24,170 nucleotides of DNA from Promethearchaeia archaeon (GCA_029856155.1 JAHQWL010000068.1:1-24170); one strand, 5' to 3'. Numbered from the stretch's first letter, positions 9,186 through 18,853 are shown. The notes: generated by a model not told the origin, from the sequence alone. Numbers and translations: made by a program.

Positions 9186-9692
9186 ATGAAGATAAAACAA
9201 CGACATTTTATACGAAAATCTGAATTGAAGCCATTGAAAGACGAAATATTAAGACAATACGATGAAAAGTTCGTTAATCAAATATTTCCTAGAAAAAGTA
9301 ATGTTGAGCTTATTCAAACGGAAGCAGGAGATGAATTATACGCAATAAACAATGTGTTAAAACTATTTAAATCAAAAGAGGGGTATATTCCAGTTTTAAC
9401 CTTATTATTAGACAATCAAATAGAGTTGAAGACTATAGTTGTTGATTTTGGTGCTATTCGATATGTTGCAAATGGTGCTGATGTAATGCGTCCTGGTATT
9501 ACCAAAATAGATCCTTCAATTAAGAAAGGAGATATCGTAGCAATTATAGAAGAGACCAAAAGTAGAGCGTTAGCTGTTGGAAGAGCAATATTTGATGCTC
9601 CTGAAATGGAAGCAAAAAGTTCTGGAAAAGTTGTGCAGAATATTCACACAATCCAAGATTCTATTTGGGAATTCGAAAAACAGTTTAAATAA
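9186..9692 (+). CDS. DUF1947/PUA domain RNA-binding protein (MCT-1/Tma20-like)
   Basis: IKQRHFIRKSE N-terminus; VVDFGAIRYVANGADVMRPGI and ALAVG...GKVVQNIHTIQDSIW PUA motifs. Confidence 0.9.
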   Translation: MKIKQRHFIRKSELKPLKDEILRQYDEKFVNQIFPRKSNVELIQTEAGDELYAINNVLKLFKSKEGYIPVLTLLLDNQIELKTIVVDFGAIRYVANGADVMRPGITKIDPSIKKGDIVAIIEETKSRALAVGRAIFDAPEMEAKSSGKVVQNIHTIQDSIWEFEKQFK

Positions 9693-9984
9693 ATTCTGCC
9701 TGTAATATCGAATTAAATATAGTTTTTTCTGATTCTATTAATTGATTAATTGGGAAACTTTCTTGCTCATAAGAATCTAATAGATCTCCACACTCTTTAA
9801 ACCTGCACAAATTAATTATAATTTTTAGACCTTCTTCTACAATTTCTTTATCAACAAATTCATCTGAAGTGTGCATTAATTTAATTATTGAGTGAGCTTT
9901 CCATAATTCATTCTCATAAATTTGATTATCTATACCCAAAAATTCTTCAAAAATTTCCGTGAAAAACTCAACTTCAGCAATCAT
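9685..9984 (-). CDS. Hypothetical acidic protein (99 aa)
   Basis: ATG at 9984 with GAGGTGG upstream (9997-10003); host-like composition; 8-bp convergent overlap with the PUA gene. Confidence 0.6.
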   Translation of the reverse strand: MIAEVEFFTEIFEEFLGIDNQIYENELWKAHSIIKLMHTSDEFVDKEIVEEGLKIIINLCRFKECGDLLDSYEQESFPINQLIESEKTIFNSILQAEFI

Positions 9985-10353
9985 TTTTAGCTTATACCAC
10001 CTCAACCCTTACGTGCTGAAAAATACATATTTCTCCCCTACTGCGGCAATAATATATTTATCTATTAATATATTTTAATCCAATCATTTCCATTATGTTC
10101 CGTTATGATAATACTAACATTATAGAATCGGTCTAAAACAGACGAAATCAATCATTTTATCATAGAATTTTTTTGAAATTGTTAATTTTATCAATTTTTT
10201 TTTCACTTTTTTATGATTCATCTATCTTCTTTGAATATTAGTAATCATACTTATCCGAAATTATAAGATTGATCTAATAAACATACAATTAAAACTCAAA
10301 TAATATCTACATATCTATATATAGTTTAAATTAAGTCGTGAGTTAAAGATCTT

Positions 10354-11145
10354 ATGAGTAATCAAGAATTAATTCTTTATGAAGTTAAAGGGCGTATTGC
10401 TACAATTACAATAAATAGACCAGACAAGGCGAATGCGTGCAATATTCCTATGTTAAAATTGATATATGAAAGTTTAATTAATGCTGACATAGATGAGAAA
10501 GTAAAATGTATTTTGATCAAGAGCACAGGGCAGCAATTCTTTTCAGCTGGTTACGACCTTAAGGAAATCCAAGGGTCTCCAGAAAACGTAGCACAAATCA
10601 CTGAATGGGGGAGGAAGGTCAATGAGACAATAGTTCTTATGAAAAAACCAGTAATCACACAAATTCAAGGAATAGCTATAGGTTTTGGGGTAATGGTGAT
10701 TATGGCTTCTGATTTGAGGGTTTTTGCGGATAGACCTATTAATGAATTATATTTGAGATTGCCAGAACTTGCAATCTCAGCTTTTCCTCAGACTGGAGCA
10801 ACTCTTTTGCCCCTTTTAGGACTCGGATTGACCTATGCAAAGAATCTCCTTTTTACTACGGATAAATTTGGTGTTAAGGAATTAAATAACATCAATTTTC
10901 CAACACGGATTTTTCCACTCGAACAACTTGATATTGAAACCCTTAATTTCGCAAAACAGATAGTTAAATATCAGACAGAATTTATCTTCTTTACAAAAAG
11001 CATGTTAAGGATTATGAATAAAGCATACATTAAATCATGCTTTGATTTGGAAGATGAATGTGGAAAAGCCGCTTATGATACAAACAAAAAAAATATGAAG
11101 GAATTCGACGATTTTATTAAGGGCTTACATGAAAAATACCCTTAA
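10354..11145 (+). CDS. Enoyl-CoA hydratase/isomerase (crotonase superfamily)
   Basis: IATITINRPDKANA, FSAGYDL, KPVITQIQGIAIGFG, LPE...P.TGAT motifs. Confidence 0.9.
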   Translation: MSNQELILYEVKGRIATITINRPDKANACNIPMLKLIYESLINADIDEKVKCILIKSTGQQFFSAGYDLKEIQGSPENVAQITEWGRKVNETIVLMKKPVITQIQGIAIGFGVMVIMASDLRVFADRPINELYLRLPELAISAFPQTGATLLPLLGLGLTYAKNLLFTTDKFGVKELNNINFPTRIFPLEQLDIETLNFAKQIVKYQTEFIFFTKSMLRIMNKAYIKSCFDLEDECGKAAYDTNKKNMKEFDDFIKGLHEKYP

Positions 11146-11430
11146 TTTTTTTTTTTTATAAAATTTTCCAATTGAAATTTTATTTAAACAACCCCAAGTA
11201 AATTTTTTTTAGCACCCACTTCTAAATTTTTTACTTAGTGATTTATAAGTGTTTTTGGAAACTATGTTTCTTGTGGAGTATAAAGTTAAAGTTTTATAAT
11301 ATGTAGGTGATATGTTCCTTGGATATTACTGCATCTTATATTTTGACTTAATTTTATATTACTCGGATGGTCATAACGAGTATATTGATAAACATATCTC
11401 GATGACTCATCATAATTAAAAAAAGAGGTT

Positions 11431-11742
11431 GTGTGTGGAAAAATGAGTATGTATAGATCGTATTTATTGAAAAATAATTTCTGGGCGAAAAAAGGTAATG
11501 AAAAAATTCCTGATGCAGAAAAAGTATTTATAAAACATTCTGAGGGAGTAGGAGGAATATATGCAATTATTGAGAACGATAAAAAAGGTGTTAAGATTAT
11601 AAATGATGGGAGGGAATTTTTCTTTAATAATTTTGATAAACTGGATACTTTTTTAACTCGTCTTCAACAGCGAAAAGATGACTTTATGAAAATACTTAGA
11701 AGAAAGGATATTTCGCAGAAATTACGAATGTTAGATATTTAA
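11431..11742 (+). CDS. Hypothetical protein (~100 aa)
   Basis: Open frame with GAGGT upstream; start either GTG 11431 or ATG 11443; family not recognised. Confidence 0.6.
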   Translation: MCGKMSMYRSYLLKNNFWAKKGNEKIPDAEKVFIKHSEGVGGIYAIIENDKKGVKIINDGREFFFNNFDKLDTFLTRLQQRKDDFMKILRRKDISQKLRMLDI

Positions 11743-11807
11743 ATTTTTTTAATTAATTTCTACTTTTTTAGTTAGTACAGTATAATTTTAATTTAGGTTA
11801 AATTATA

Positions 11808-13418
11808 TTAAGATTTATAAATCGGTTGAAGTCCTGTTTGAAAATGTCTCAGACGTAATTCCGCTCCTCGAGAAATTCTAACTTTAGGAATTTTTTCTTT
11901 ATTATGGTAAAGTTCAGTTATTGCTGCTACAGCATAATCTATATGCGAAGCACTATACACATTTCGAGGCATTGCGAAACGGACTAAATTTAAAATCCCT
12001 TTTCGTTGTTCAGGTGTTTTCTTATCCCACTCAAAAGCGAAAGGGCCCAATTCAACAGCTCGTATACCAAAGTGTTTTAAAAGTTCGATAGTAAATCCAA
12101 CACCTCCAAAATCTTCGATTTTCATATCGGTTCCCTCAAAAAATTTGTCCATATTAAGGTATACCGCATGACCACCTGCAGGAAGAATAACAGGGATACC
12201 ATTTTTAGCGAGCTTTCGTGCAAATTCTCTTACTTGATTTTTTCGTTCATTTAAGTAAGGTTGTTTTATAACCTCATAAAGCCCTGCAGCTAAAGCCATT
12301 ATATCTCGACCACTCATTCCACCGTATGAATCATTTCCGAAAGTCAATATCTGTCTTTCTTTCAGTCTAATTCCAATATCTCCATTTATGGAAAACTTTT
12401 TATGAAAAAGACCTTTATCTCTAAAGAAAAGTCCGCCACCCATGTTAGCTAGGCCATCTTTCTTGAAACTTATAGTAAAACCATCAACATAAGAAAACAT
12501 TTCTTGCACAATACTTTGGATTGAGCGATTTTTATATCCTTCTTCAAATTCTTTTATAAAGTTAGCATTTTCGCTGAAGCGACATGCATCGAAGAAAAAA
12601 GGAAGATTATATTTTTTAGCGATTTTATGAACCGATTTTATATTTTTCATTGAGACTGGTTGACCAGCCGCTGTATTGTTTGTAATTGTAACATAAATTA
12701 ATGGAATTGATTCGACACTCTTATCTTGAATTAGGTCCTCAAGGCCTTCAAGATCCATATTACCTTTAAAGGGATTTCTTTTATCCATTTCATCATAAGG
12801 AAAGTCTTCCATAAGATTTGCTGAAAATAAATTTATAGCTTTGATACCGTTTGCCACTATATTAGCCTCAGTAGTATCAAAGTGTCCATTATTTGGGATA
12901 TAATAAGTAATATTTTTATTTTCTTTTAAGAGGGGAGCTATTGTTGAGAATAGTAAATGTTCCGCACAACGTCCTTGTGGAACAATGAAGGCATTAGGAC
13001 GGGTTAATTGATGAATACCTCCATTTACAAAACCTCCCTCATATGAAGTTATGTAAAGCTCATCAATGAGTTTTTTTACGTTTGTTTCACCAGAAAGAAT
13101 TAAATCTATAGATCTTTTTGGATTATCACCTCGCTCAAACGTGTCTCGAACAGCTTCTAAAAGAACATAATAACCCTTATTGCGAGCATAAGATTCATCA
13201 CCATGGAACAAAGCAGCCCATTGATAATCTGTCATTGTTCCAGAGCCCGAATCAGATAAAAAATCTACAAAAGTCAAATCTGCTGGAAAAGAAAACATAT
13301 TATATTCGGTTTTCTCAAGTACATATTCACGTTGCTCCTTTGTGACTTTTTTTATTGTCCTTACTACTAGTGGCTTATTTGCCGGGACTGGAACACCTAA
13401 TTCATCCTGTGATTTCAA
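11808..13418 (-). CDS. tnaA: Tryptophanase (beta-eliminating lyase, PLP-dependent), long form
   Basis: DFLSDSG, GDESY, QGRCAE, HFDTT, DACRFSEN, SFKKDG (PLP lysine), YGGMSGRD, GGHAVY; C-terminal LRHF matches tryptophanase rather than tyrosine phenol-lyase (LRFF). TTG start. Confidence 0.85.
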   Translation of the reverse strand: MKSQDELGVPVPANKPLVVRTIKKVTKEQREYVLEKTEYNMFSFPADLTFVDFLSDSGSGTMTDYQWAALFHGDESYARNKGYYVLLEAVRDTFERGDNPKRSIDLILSGETNVKKLIDELYITSYEGGFVNGGIHQLTRPNAFIVPQGRCAEHLLFSTIAPLLKENKNITYYIPNNGHFDTTEANIVANGIKAINLFSANLMEDFPYDEMDKRNPFKGNMDLEGLEDLIQDKSVESIPLIYVTITNNTAAGQPVSMKNIKSVHKIAKKYNLPFFFDACRFSENANFIKEFEEGYKNRSIQSIVQEMFSYVDGFTISFKKDGLANMGGGLFFRDKGLFHKKFSINGDIGIRLKERQILTFGNDSYGGMSGRDIMALAAGLYEVIKQPYLNERKNQVREFARKLAKNGIPVILPAGGHAVYLNMDKFFEGTDMKIEDFGGVGFTIELLKHFGIRAVELGPFAFEWDKKTPEQRKGILNLVRFAMPRNVYSASHIDYAVAAITELYHNKEKIPKVRISRGAELRLRHFQTGLQPIYKS

Positions 13419-13603
13419 AATCTTAAACCTACAAATTAAAATTAGAATATTATTTTGAGTTTTTCAAAGATACTTGAATTTATAATTATAAATCATTAAA
13501 AAACAATATGTAAAATAGAATCTACGAATGTAAGAATTGAAAATTTTAATTTTAATATTAAATTCATTATTTTAATAAAATTAATTTTAAAAAGCAATTT
13601 AAA

Positions 13604-15292
13604 ATGGAACTCCCAGATTATATTAAAAACAGAATTTGGAAAGATTATTTACCAGAGGGAATGACATTAGAAATTGATATCCCAGAAGACCAGTCTCTAA
13701 TTAACTTGTTCGAGACGGGTGCTAAAGAATATGGTAAGAAAGTGGCAATGGACTATTTTGGGAGAGAATTTACTTTTAATGCGATGGATAATCTAACAAG
13801 AAGATTTGCTACTGGTCTTTTAAAATTAGGTGTAAAAAAAGGGGATGTGATATCATTATGGTTGCCAAATTCCCCACACTTTAGTATTTGTTATTTTGCT
13901 GCCTTAGGGCTTGGAGCAACATTAACCGCCATAAGTCCTCTATTTGTAGCAAGAGAAATGGCATATCAAATTAAAGATTCTGGCGCAAAATATTTGATTA
14001 TGATTGATAGGTTTATCAAGGAATTTAAGAAAGTTGAAGACCAATTGGTATTGGAGAAAGTTATAATTGTTAATGTTGCCGGTGAGATTCCAGATGTGCC
14101 TGAAACCAGCAAAATAATTCATTACAATACGTTAATGGAACAGAATCCACAACCACTTACAGATTTCGAAGTTATTATCAATCCTAAAGAAGATATCGCA
14201 GTAATACAGTATACAGGAGGGACAACAGGAGACCCCAAAGGCGCTTGTTTATCTCATTATAACATTATTGCAAATATACTCCAAATGCAGCAAATATCAA
14301 ATTACATGAAAGAAGTTTATATTAAAGGAGATCTTGTAAATATTTGTATTCTTCCGTGGTATCATATCTATGGACAAACATGTGAACTTATTCAAGGTCC
14401 TATGACGGGTGGAAAAGGATTAATCTTTCCTACATTTGATATTCCTCGCATTATTGAAACTATTAAAGAAAAAAAGCCAAATACTCTATTAGGAGTACCA
14501 ACGATGTTTATTAATCTGTTAAGTTCGCCATTAAGTAAGAATGTAGATTTTTCTTGCTTAAAATATGCCAATGTAGGAGCTTCAGCAATGCCTATAGAAA
14601 TCGCTAAAGAATGGGAGAAAAAAACAGGATTTCCCTTAGGAGAAGGTTATGGACTTAGTGAAACAAGCCCCACTGTCACAAATAGTCCTCCTTGGGCTAT
14701 TAAAAAGCTTGGTAGTTGTGGCATCCCTGTTGCAAATACTTTATGTGGGATTATTGATGATAATCTTAATTTCTTACCTATTGGAGAATCTGGAGAATTA
14801 GTTGTTGCAGGTCCTCAAGTTATGCTAGGATATCATAATCGACCAGAAGAGAATAAAAATGTATTTTTTGAAGCAGGGGGTTATAGGTGGCTACGGACAG
14901 GTGATTTTGCAAAAATGGATGAGGAAGGTTATATTTTTTTAATTGATCGAGTAAAGGATATGATAAAGTATAAAGGTCATAGTGTTTATCCAAGAGAAAT
15001 TGAAGAAGTTTTATATGAGCATCCTGCAATTCAAGAATGTGCTGTAATTGGTATTAAAGACCCAGAAAGAGGTGAAAATATTATGGCACATATTATTCTT
15101 AAGACAGAATATAAAGGGAAAATCAGTGAACAACAGATTATTGATTGGTCTAAAGAGCAAATGGCTGCTTATAAATATCCAAGAATAATAAAATTTGTAA
15201 GTTCTCTTCCAAAAAGCGCCATAGGAAAAGTCTTAAGACGAATAATCCGAGATAAAGAAGCTAAAAAGACTGAAAAAAGAAGAAGTATCTAA
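13604..15292 (+). CDS. fadD: Long-chain fatty acid--CoA ligase (AMP-forming)
   Basis: QYTGGTTGDPKG, EGYGLSETSP, GPQVMLGY, WLRTGD, DRVKDMIK, VYPREIEEVL, LPKSAIGKVLRR. Confidence 0.92.
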   Translation: MELPDYIKNRIWKDYLPEGMTLEIDIPEDQSLINLFETGAKEYGKKVAMDYFGREFTFNAMDNLTRRFATGLLKLGVKKGDVISLWLPNSPHFSICYFAALGLGATLTAISPLFVAREMAYQIKDSGAKYLIMIDRFIKEFKKVEDQLVLEKVIIVNVAGEIPDVPETSKIIHYNTLMEQNPQPLTDFEVIINPKEDIAVIQYTGGTTGDPKGACLSHYNIIANILQMQQISNYMKEVYIKGDLVNICILPWYHIYGQTCELIQGPMTGGKGLIFPTFDIPRIIETIKEKKPNTLLGVPTMFINLLSSPLSKNVDFSCLKYANVGASAMPIEIAKEWEKKTGFPLGEGYGLSETSPTVTNSPPWAIKKLGSCGIPVANTLCGIIDDNLNFLPIGESGELVVAGPQVMLGYHNRPEENKNVFFEAGGYRWLRTGDFAKMDEEGYIFLIDRVKDMIKYKGHSVYPREIEEVLYEHPAIQECAVIGIKDPERGENIMAHIILKTEYKGKISEQQIIDWSKEQMAAYKYPRIIKFVSSLPKSAIGKVLRRIIRDKEAKKTEKRRSI

Positions 15293-15367
15293 GATTATTT
15301 TTTTATTCCTTCAATTCTTTATTTTCAATAATTATATGATTTTAATATTTCATTTAATAATTAAATT

Positions 15368-17728
15368 ATGAATGAACGAATTAAGAAGTTACTATCGCAA
15401 AGTCGTACAACAACCCCTTATATTTCCTTGGAACGTGCTTTATTATTAACAGAGTTTTATGCAACTGGTGCAGCTCATATTTTTACTCCTCCAGTTGCTA
15501 GAGCGAAAGCATTTAAATACTTGATGGAAAATAAAAAGATCTGCTTCAATAAAGGGGAATTAATTGTTGGTGAACGTGGTCCAGCACCAAAAGCAACACC
15601 TACATATCCAGAAGTTTGTTGCCATAGTTTACATGATCTAGACGTTTTAAATACACGTGATAGAATTTCATACAAAGTTTCTGAAGATACAAGACAAAAG
15701 GCAGCAAATGTAATTATTCCGTTTTGGAAAGGAAGATCTATCCGTGATAAAATATTCTCCCAAGTTGATGATGAATGGATTAATGCATATGAAGCAGGGA
15801 TTTTTACGGAGTTCATGGAACAGAGAGCACCTGGACACACAGTTGGTGGAAAAAACATATGGAATAAGGGGTTATTAGATTTTAAGCAAGAAATAAAAGA
15901 AAGTATAGAAAGATTAGATTTTTATAATGATCCACAAGCTTTTGATAAGAGAGAGCAATTAACTGCGATGAATATCTCTGCAGATGCGATTATTGCTTTT
16001 GCTGAACGCCATGCTCAAGAAGCTAAAAATTTAGCTAATAAGGAGTTAGAATCAAAAAGAAAAAAAGAATTACAAAAGATCTCTGAGATATGTTCTCGCG
16101 TTCCTGCACAGGCACCCAGAACGTTCTGGGAGGCACTCCAACATTATTGGTTCATTCATTTAGGTGTTATAACTGAATATAATACATGGGATTCTTTCAA
16201 TCCGGGACGCTTAGATCAACATCTATATCCATTCTATAAGGATGATATTGCTAATGGAATATTAACAAAGGAAGATGCATATGAATTGCTCCAAGCTTTC
16301 TGGGTGAAGTTTAATAATCAACCCGCTCCTCCAAAGGTTGGAGTAACTGCTGAAGAGAGCAATACTTATACGGATTTTTGCAATGTTAATATTGGTGGAC
16401 TTAAAGAGGATGGTTCCGATGGAGTGAATGAAATGTCCTATATATTATTAGATGTAATAGAAGAAATGAGGATAGTTCAGCCAAGTAGTAATGTTCAGAT
16501 TAGTACAAAGACCCCCGATCGATTCTTGAAAAGAGCTCTTGAAATAATTAAAACTGGTTTTGGACAACCATCAGTTTTCAATTGTGATGCAATAATTCAA
16601 GAACTGACAAGACAAGGTAAATCCATATTAGATGCTCGAAACGGTGGGGCAAGTGGGTGTGTTGAATCTGGTGCTTTCGGAAAAGAAGCATATATATTAA
16701 CAGGATATTTTAATTTAGTAAAAATATTGGAAGTCACCCTTCATAATGGTTTCGATCCTATAACTAAAAAACAGATTGGATTGAAGACTGGTGGGCCTAC
16801 AACTTTTAAAACATTTGATGAATTATTTGAAGCTTATAGAAAACAAGTAACTCATTTTGTAAATATTAAAATTAAAGGTAATCAAATAATTGAACGAATC
16901 TGGGCACAGAGTCCTGCCCCTTTCCTTTCATTATTAATCGATGATTGTATAAAGAATGGGAAGGATTACAATAATGGGGGAGCCAAATACAACACTTCAT
17001 ATATCCAAATTGTTGGAATGGGTAGCATCACAGATTGTTTAGCTTCTTTGAAATATAATATATTTGATAAAAAAATTATATCTATGGAAGATTTAATAAA
17101 AGCCTTAGATAAAGATTTCATTGGAAATGAAGTTTTACAACAGAAATTAATTTATAAAACTCCCAAATACGGGAATGATAATAACTATGCTGATTCGATA
17201 ACCACACAAGTTTTTGATATTGTTTATAATGCGATCGATAATCGTCCTAATACTAAAGGTGGTGTACATCATATTAATCTACTTCCTACTACGGTTCATA
17301 TTTACTTCGGTCAAGTAACTGGTGCCACACCAGATGGGCGTAAAGCTTATACTCCATTATCAGAAGGCATCTCTCCAGTTCAAAGTATGGATATTAATGG
17401 CCCAACTGCAGTTATTAAATCAGCTGGAAAAATAGATCATCTGAGAACGGGAGGAACTTTACTAAACCAAAAATTTGCACCTCAATTTTTTTCAGAAGAA
17501 AATAAGATTAATAAATTGGGCCATTTAATTAGAGCATACTTTGAAATGGATGGTCATCATGTACAATTTAATGTCGTATCAGCAGATACTTTACGAGCAG
17601 CACAGAAAAATCCGGAAGATTATAGAGATCTCATTGTACGAGTTGCGGGATATAGCGACTATTTTGTGAATTTAGGACCAGATTTACAGGATGAGATTAT
17701 TAGAAGAACTGAACATACCACAATTTAA
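15368..17728 (+). CDS. hypD: Glycyl radical enzyme, trans-4-hydroxy-L-proline dehydratase type
   Basis: RVAGYS glycyl loop, SGCVE Cys loop, plus HypD-type motifs FTEFMEQRAPGHT, WDSFNPGRLDQ, EESNTYTDF, GYFNL and LPTTVH. Confidence 0.87.
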   Translation: MNERIKKLLSQSRTTTPYISLERALLLTEFYATGAAHIFTPPVARAKAFKYLMENKKICFNKGELIVGERGPAPKATPTYPEVCCHSLHDLDVLNTRDRISYKVSEDTRQKAANVIIPFWKGRSIRDKIFSQVDDEWINAYEAGIFTEFMEQRAPGHTVGGKNIWNKGLLDFKQEIKESIERLDFYNDPQAFDKREQLTAMNISADAIIAFAERHAQEAKNLANKELESKRKKELQKISEICSRVPAQAPRTFWEALQHYWFIHLGVITEYNTWDSFNPGRLDQHLYPFYKDDIANGILTKEDAYELLQAFWVKFNNQPAPPKVGVTAEESNTYTDFCNVNIGGLKEDGSDGVNEMSYILLDVIEEMRIVQPSSNVQISTKTPDRFLKRALEIIKTGFGQPSVFNCDAIIQELTRQGKSILDARNGGASGCVESGAFGKEAYILTGYFNLVKILEVTLHNGFDPITKKQIGLKTGGPTTFKTFDELFEAYRKQVTHFVNIKIKGNQIIERIWAQSPAPFLSLLIDDCIKNGKDYNNGGAKYNTSYIQIVGMGSITDCLASLKYNIFDKKIISMEDLIKALDKDFIGNEVLQQKLIYKTPKYGNDNNYADSITTQVFDIVYNAIDNRPNTKGGVHHINLLPTTVHIYFGQVTGATPDGRKAYTPLSEGISPVQSMDINGPTAVIKSAGKIDHLRTGGTLLNQKFAPQFFSEENKINKLGHLIRAYFEMDGHHVQFNVVSADTLRAAQKNPEDYRDLIVRVAGYSDYFVNLGPDLQDEIIRRTEHTTI

Positions 17729-17821
17729 TACTGATTTTTATTAAAAATTAATTCTACTTCTTTTTTTGCCTTCAATATTTAATATCATTTTATTGAGTTT
17801 TTTTATATTGTTTTGAAGAAA

Positions 17822-17893
17822 TATGTACTTATTCAGTACATAAATTTATAAATGAAAATTTCTTTTTTAATTATATGTACCGATCATGTACCG
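17822..17893 (+). promoter_or_regulatory. Putative promoter/operator: four ATGTAC boxes flanking a TATA-like element
   Basis: Inverted TATGTAC-N7-GTACATA (17822-17842), TTTATAAA (17845-17852), direct ATGTACCG repeats at 17875 and 17886 (11-bp spacing); GAGGTGA at 17907-17913. Confidence 0.6.
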
Positions 17894-17920
17894 TTAATTA
17901 AGAAAAGAGGTGAAAAGAAA

Positions 17921-18691
17921 ATGAGTAAAGAGAAATATAAAGACATATTTAAGATTATAGTTCTTGGAGCGGCTGGAGTGGGTAAAACCACATTAATTGA
18001 ACAATTTTCAGATGAATTTCTTCACAAAGATGCTGCTCCAAAAGTAGGTGTGAATTTTTTTATTAAAAATATAACTATTGATGGCCATAATTATAAACTA
18101 CAGTTTTGGGATATTATTGACGATGAAAAATTCGGATCGCTTCAAACACTATACTATACTGGAGCCTCAGCTGTTTTTTTTATATTTGATTTATCTAGAC
18201 CAGAAACTTTTGATTATTATCAGACGCGCTTTAAGAAAGTTTGGAATCAGATCAGAGATGACAAATGCCCTGTGCTTATAATTGGAAATAAACTTGATTT
18301 AGTAGAGAATCAGAAATCAATTGATAGGGAAAAATTTCGGAAATTTGTTAATAAAGAAGGTTTAATGGGTTATATTGAATTAACTTCAACTAATAATATT
18401 GAAGAACTAGTAAAACAACTTCCCAATATTATTCAAAAAGCTTTAAAAAAGAGTTATCAAGTCAAATTTTTAGTTAATAACAAAGAACTAGAAGATATTA
18501 AAAGATTTGCTAAACTTTCTCATCAGACACAATCAGAATTTATTCGCACAGCAATATGGGAAAAAATAAAATTGATTAACACACCTTCTATGATCGAGAA
18601 TTCAATAAAAAATAAAAAGATAGTAGAAGACAAATTGCGTTTAGACGAATTGAAAAAAATTCGAGAATTATTAAAAAGGTCAGAAGAGTAA
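17921..18691 (+). CDS. Degenerate Rab-like GTPase fused to a C-terminal ribbon-helix-helix (CopG-like) domain
   Basis: G1 GAAGVGKT and G4 GNKLDL intact; G2 (PKVGV), G3 (WDIIDDE) and G5 (ELTS) altered; RHH pattern YQVKFLV-NNKELEDIKRFAKLS-HQTQSEFIRTAIWEKI at 18452-18571. Start set at ATG 17921, 7 nt after GAGGTGA. Confidence 0.8.
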   Translation: MSKEKYKDIFKIIVLGAAGVGKTTLIEQFSDEFLHKDAAPKVGVNFFIKNITIDGHNYKLQFWDIIDDEKFGSLQTLYYTGASAVFFIFDLSRPETFDYYQTRFKKVWNQIRDDKCPVLIIGNKLDLVENQKSIDREKFRKFVNKEGLMGYIELTSTNNIEELVKQLPNIIQKALKKSYQVKFLVNNKELEDIKRFAKLSHQTQSEFIRTAIWEKIKLINTPSMIENSIKNKKIVEDKLRLDELKKIRELLKRSEE

Positions 18692-18853
18692 GAAATTTAT
18701 GAAGAAGCTTTAATTATTAATAATTTTTAAAATTTTTTCTTTTTTTTTTCAACTTTTTCTATTTAATAATATATAAATTCATGAAATTTATTATGGAAAT
18801 GTAAAATTGGTATACAACAATTCAACACCGTTAACAATAATGTAGGAAAATAA

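Noticed and set aside
17852-17920. Upstream ATG 17852 as start of the GTPase-RHH gene
   Set aside because: It overlaps the TATA-like box and operator repeats; ATG 17921 has a strong GAGGTGA site and gives a normal GTPase N-terminus.
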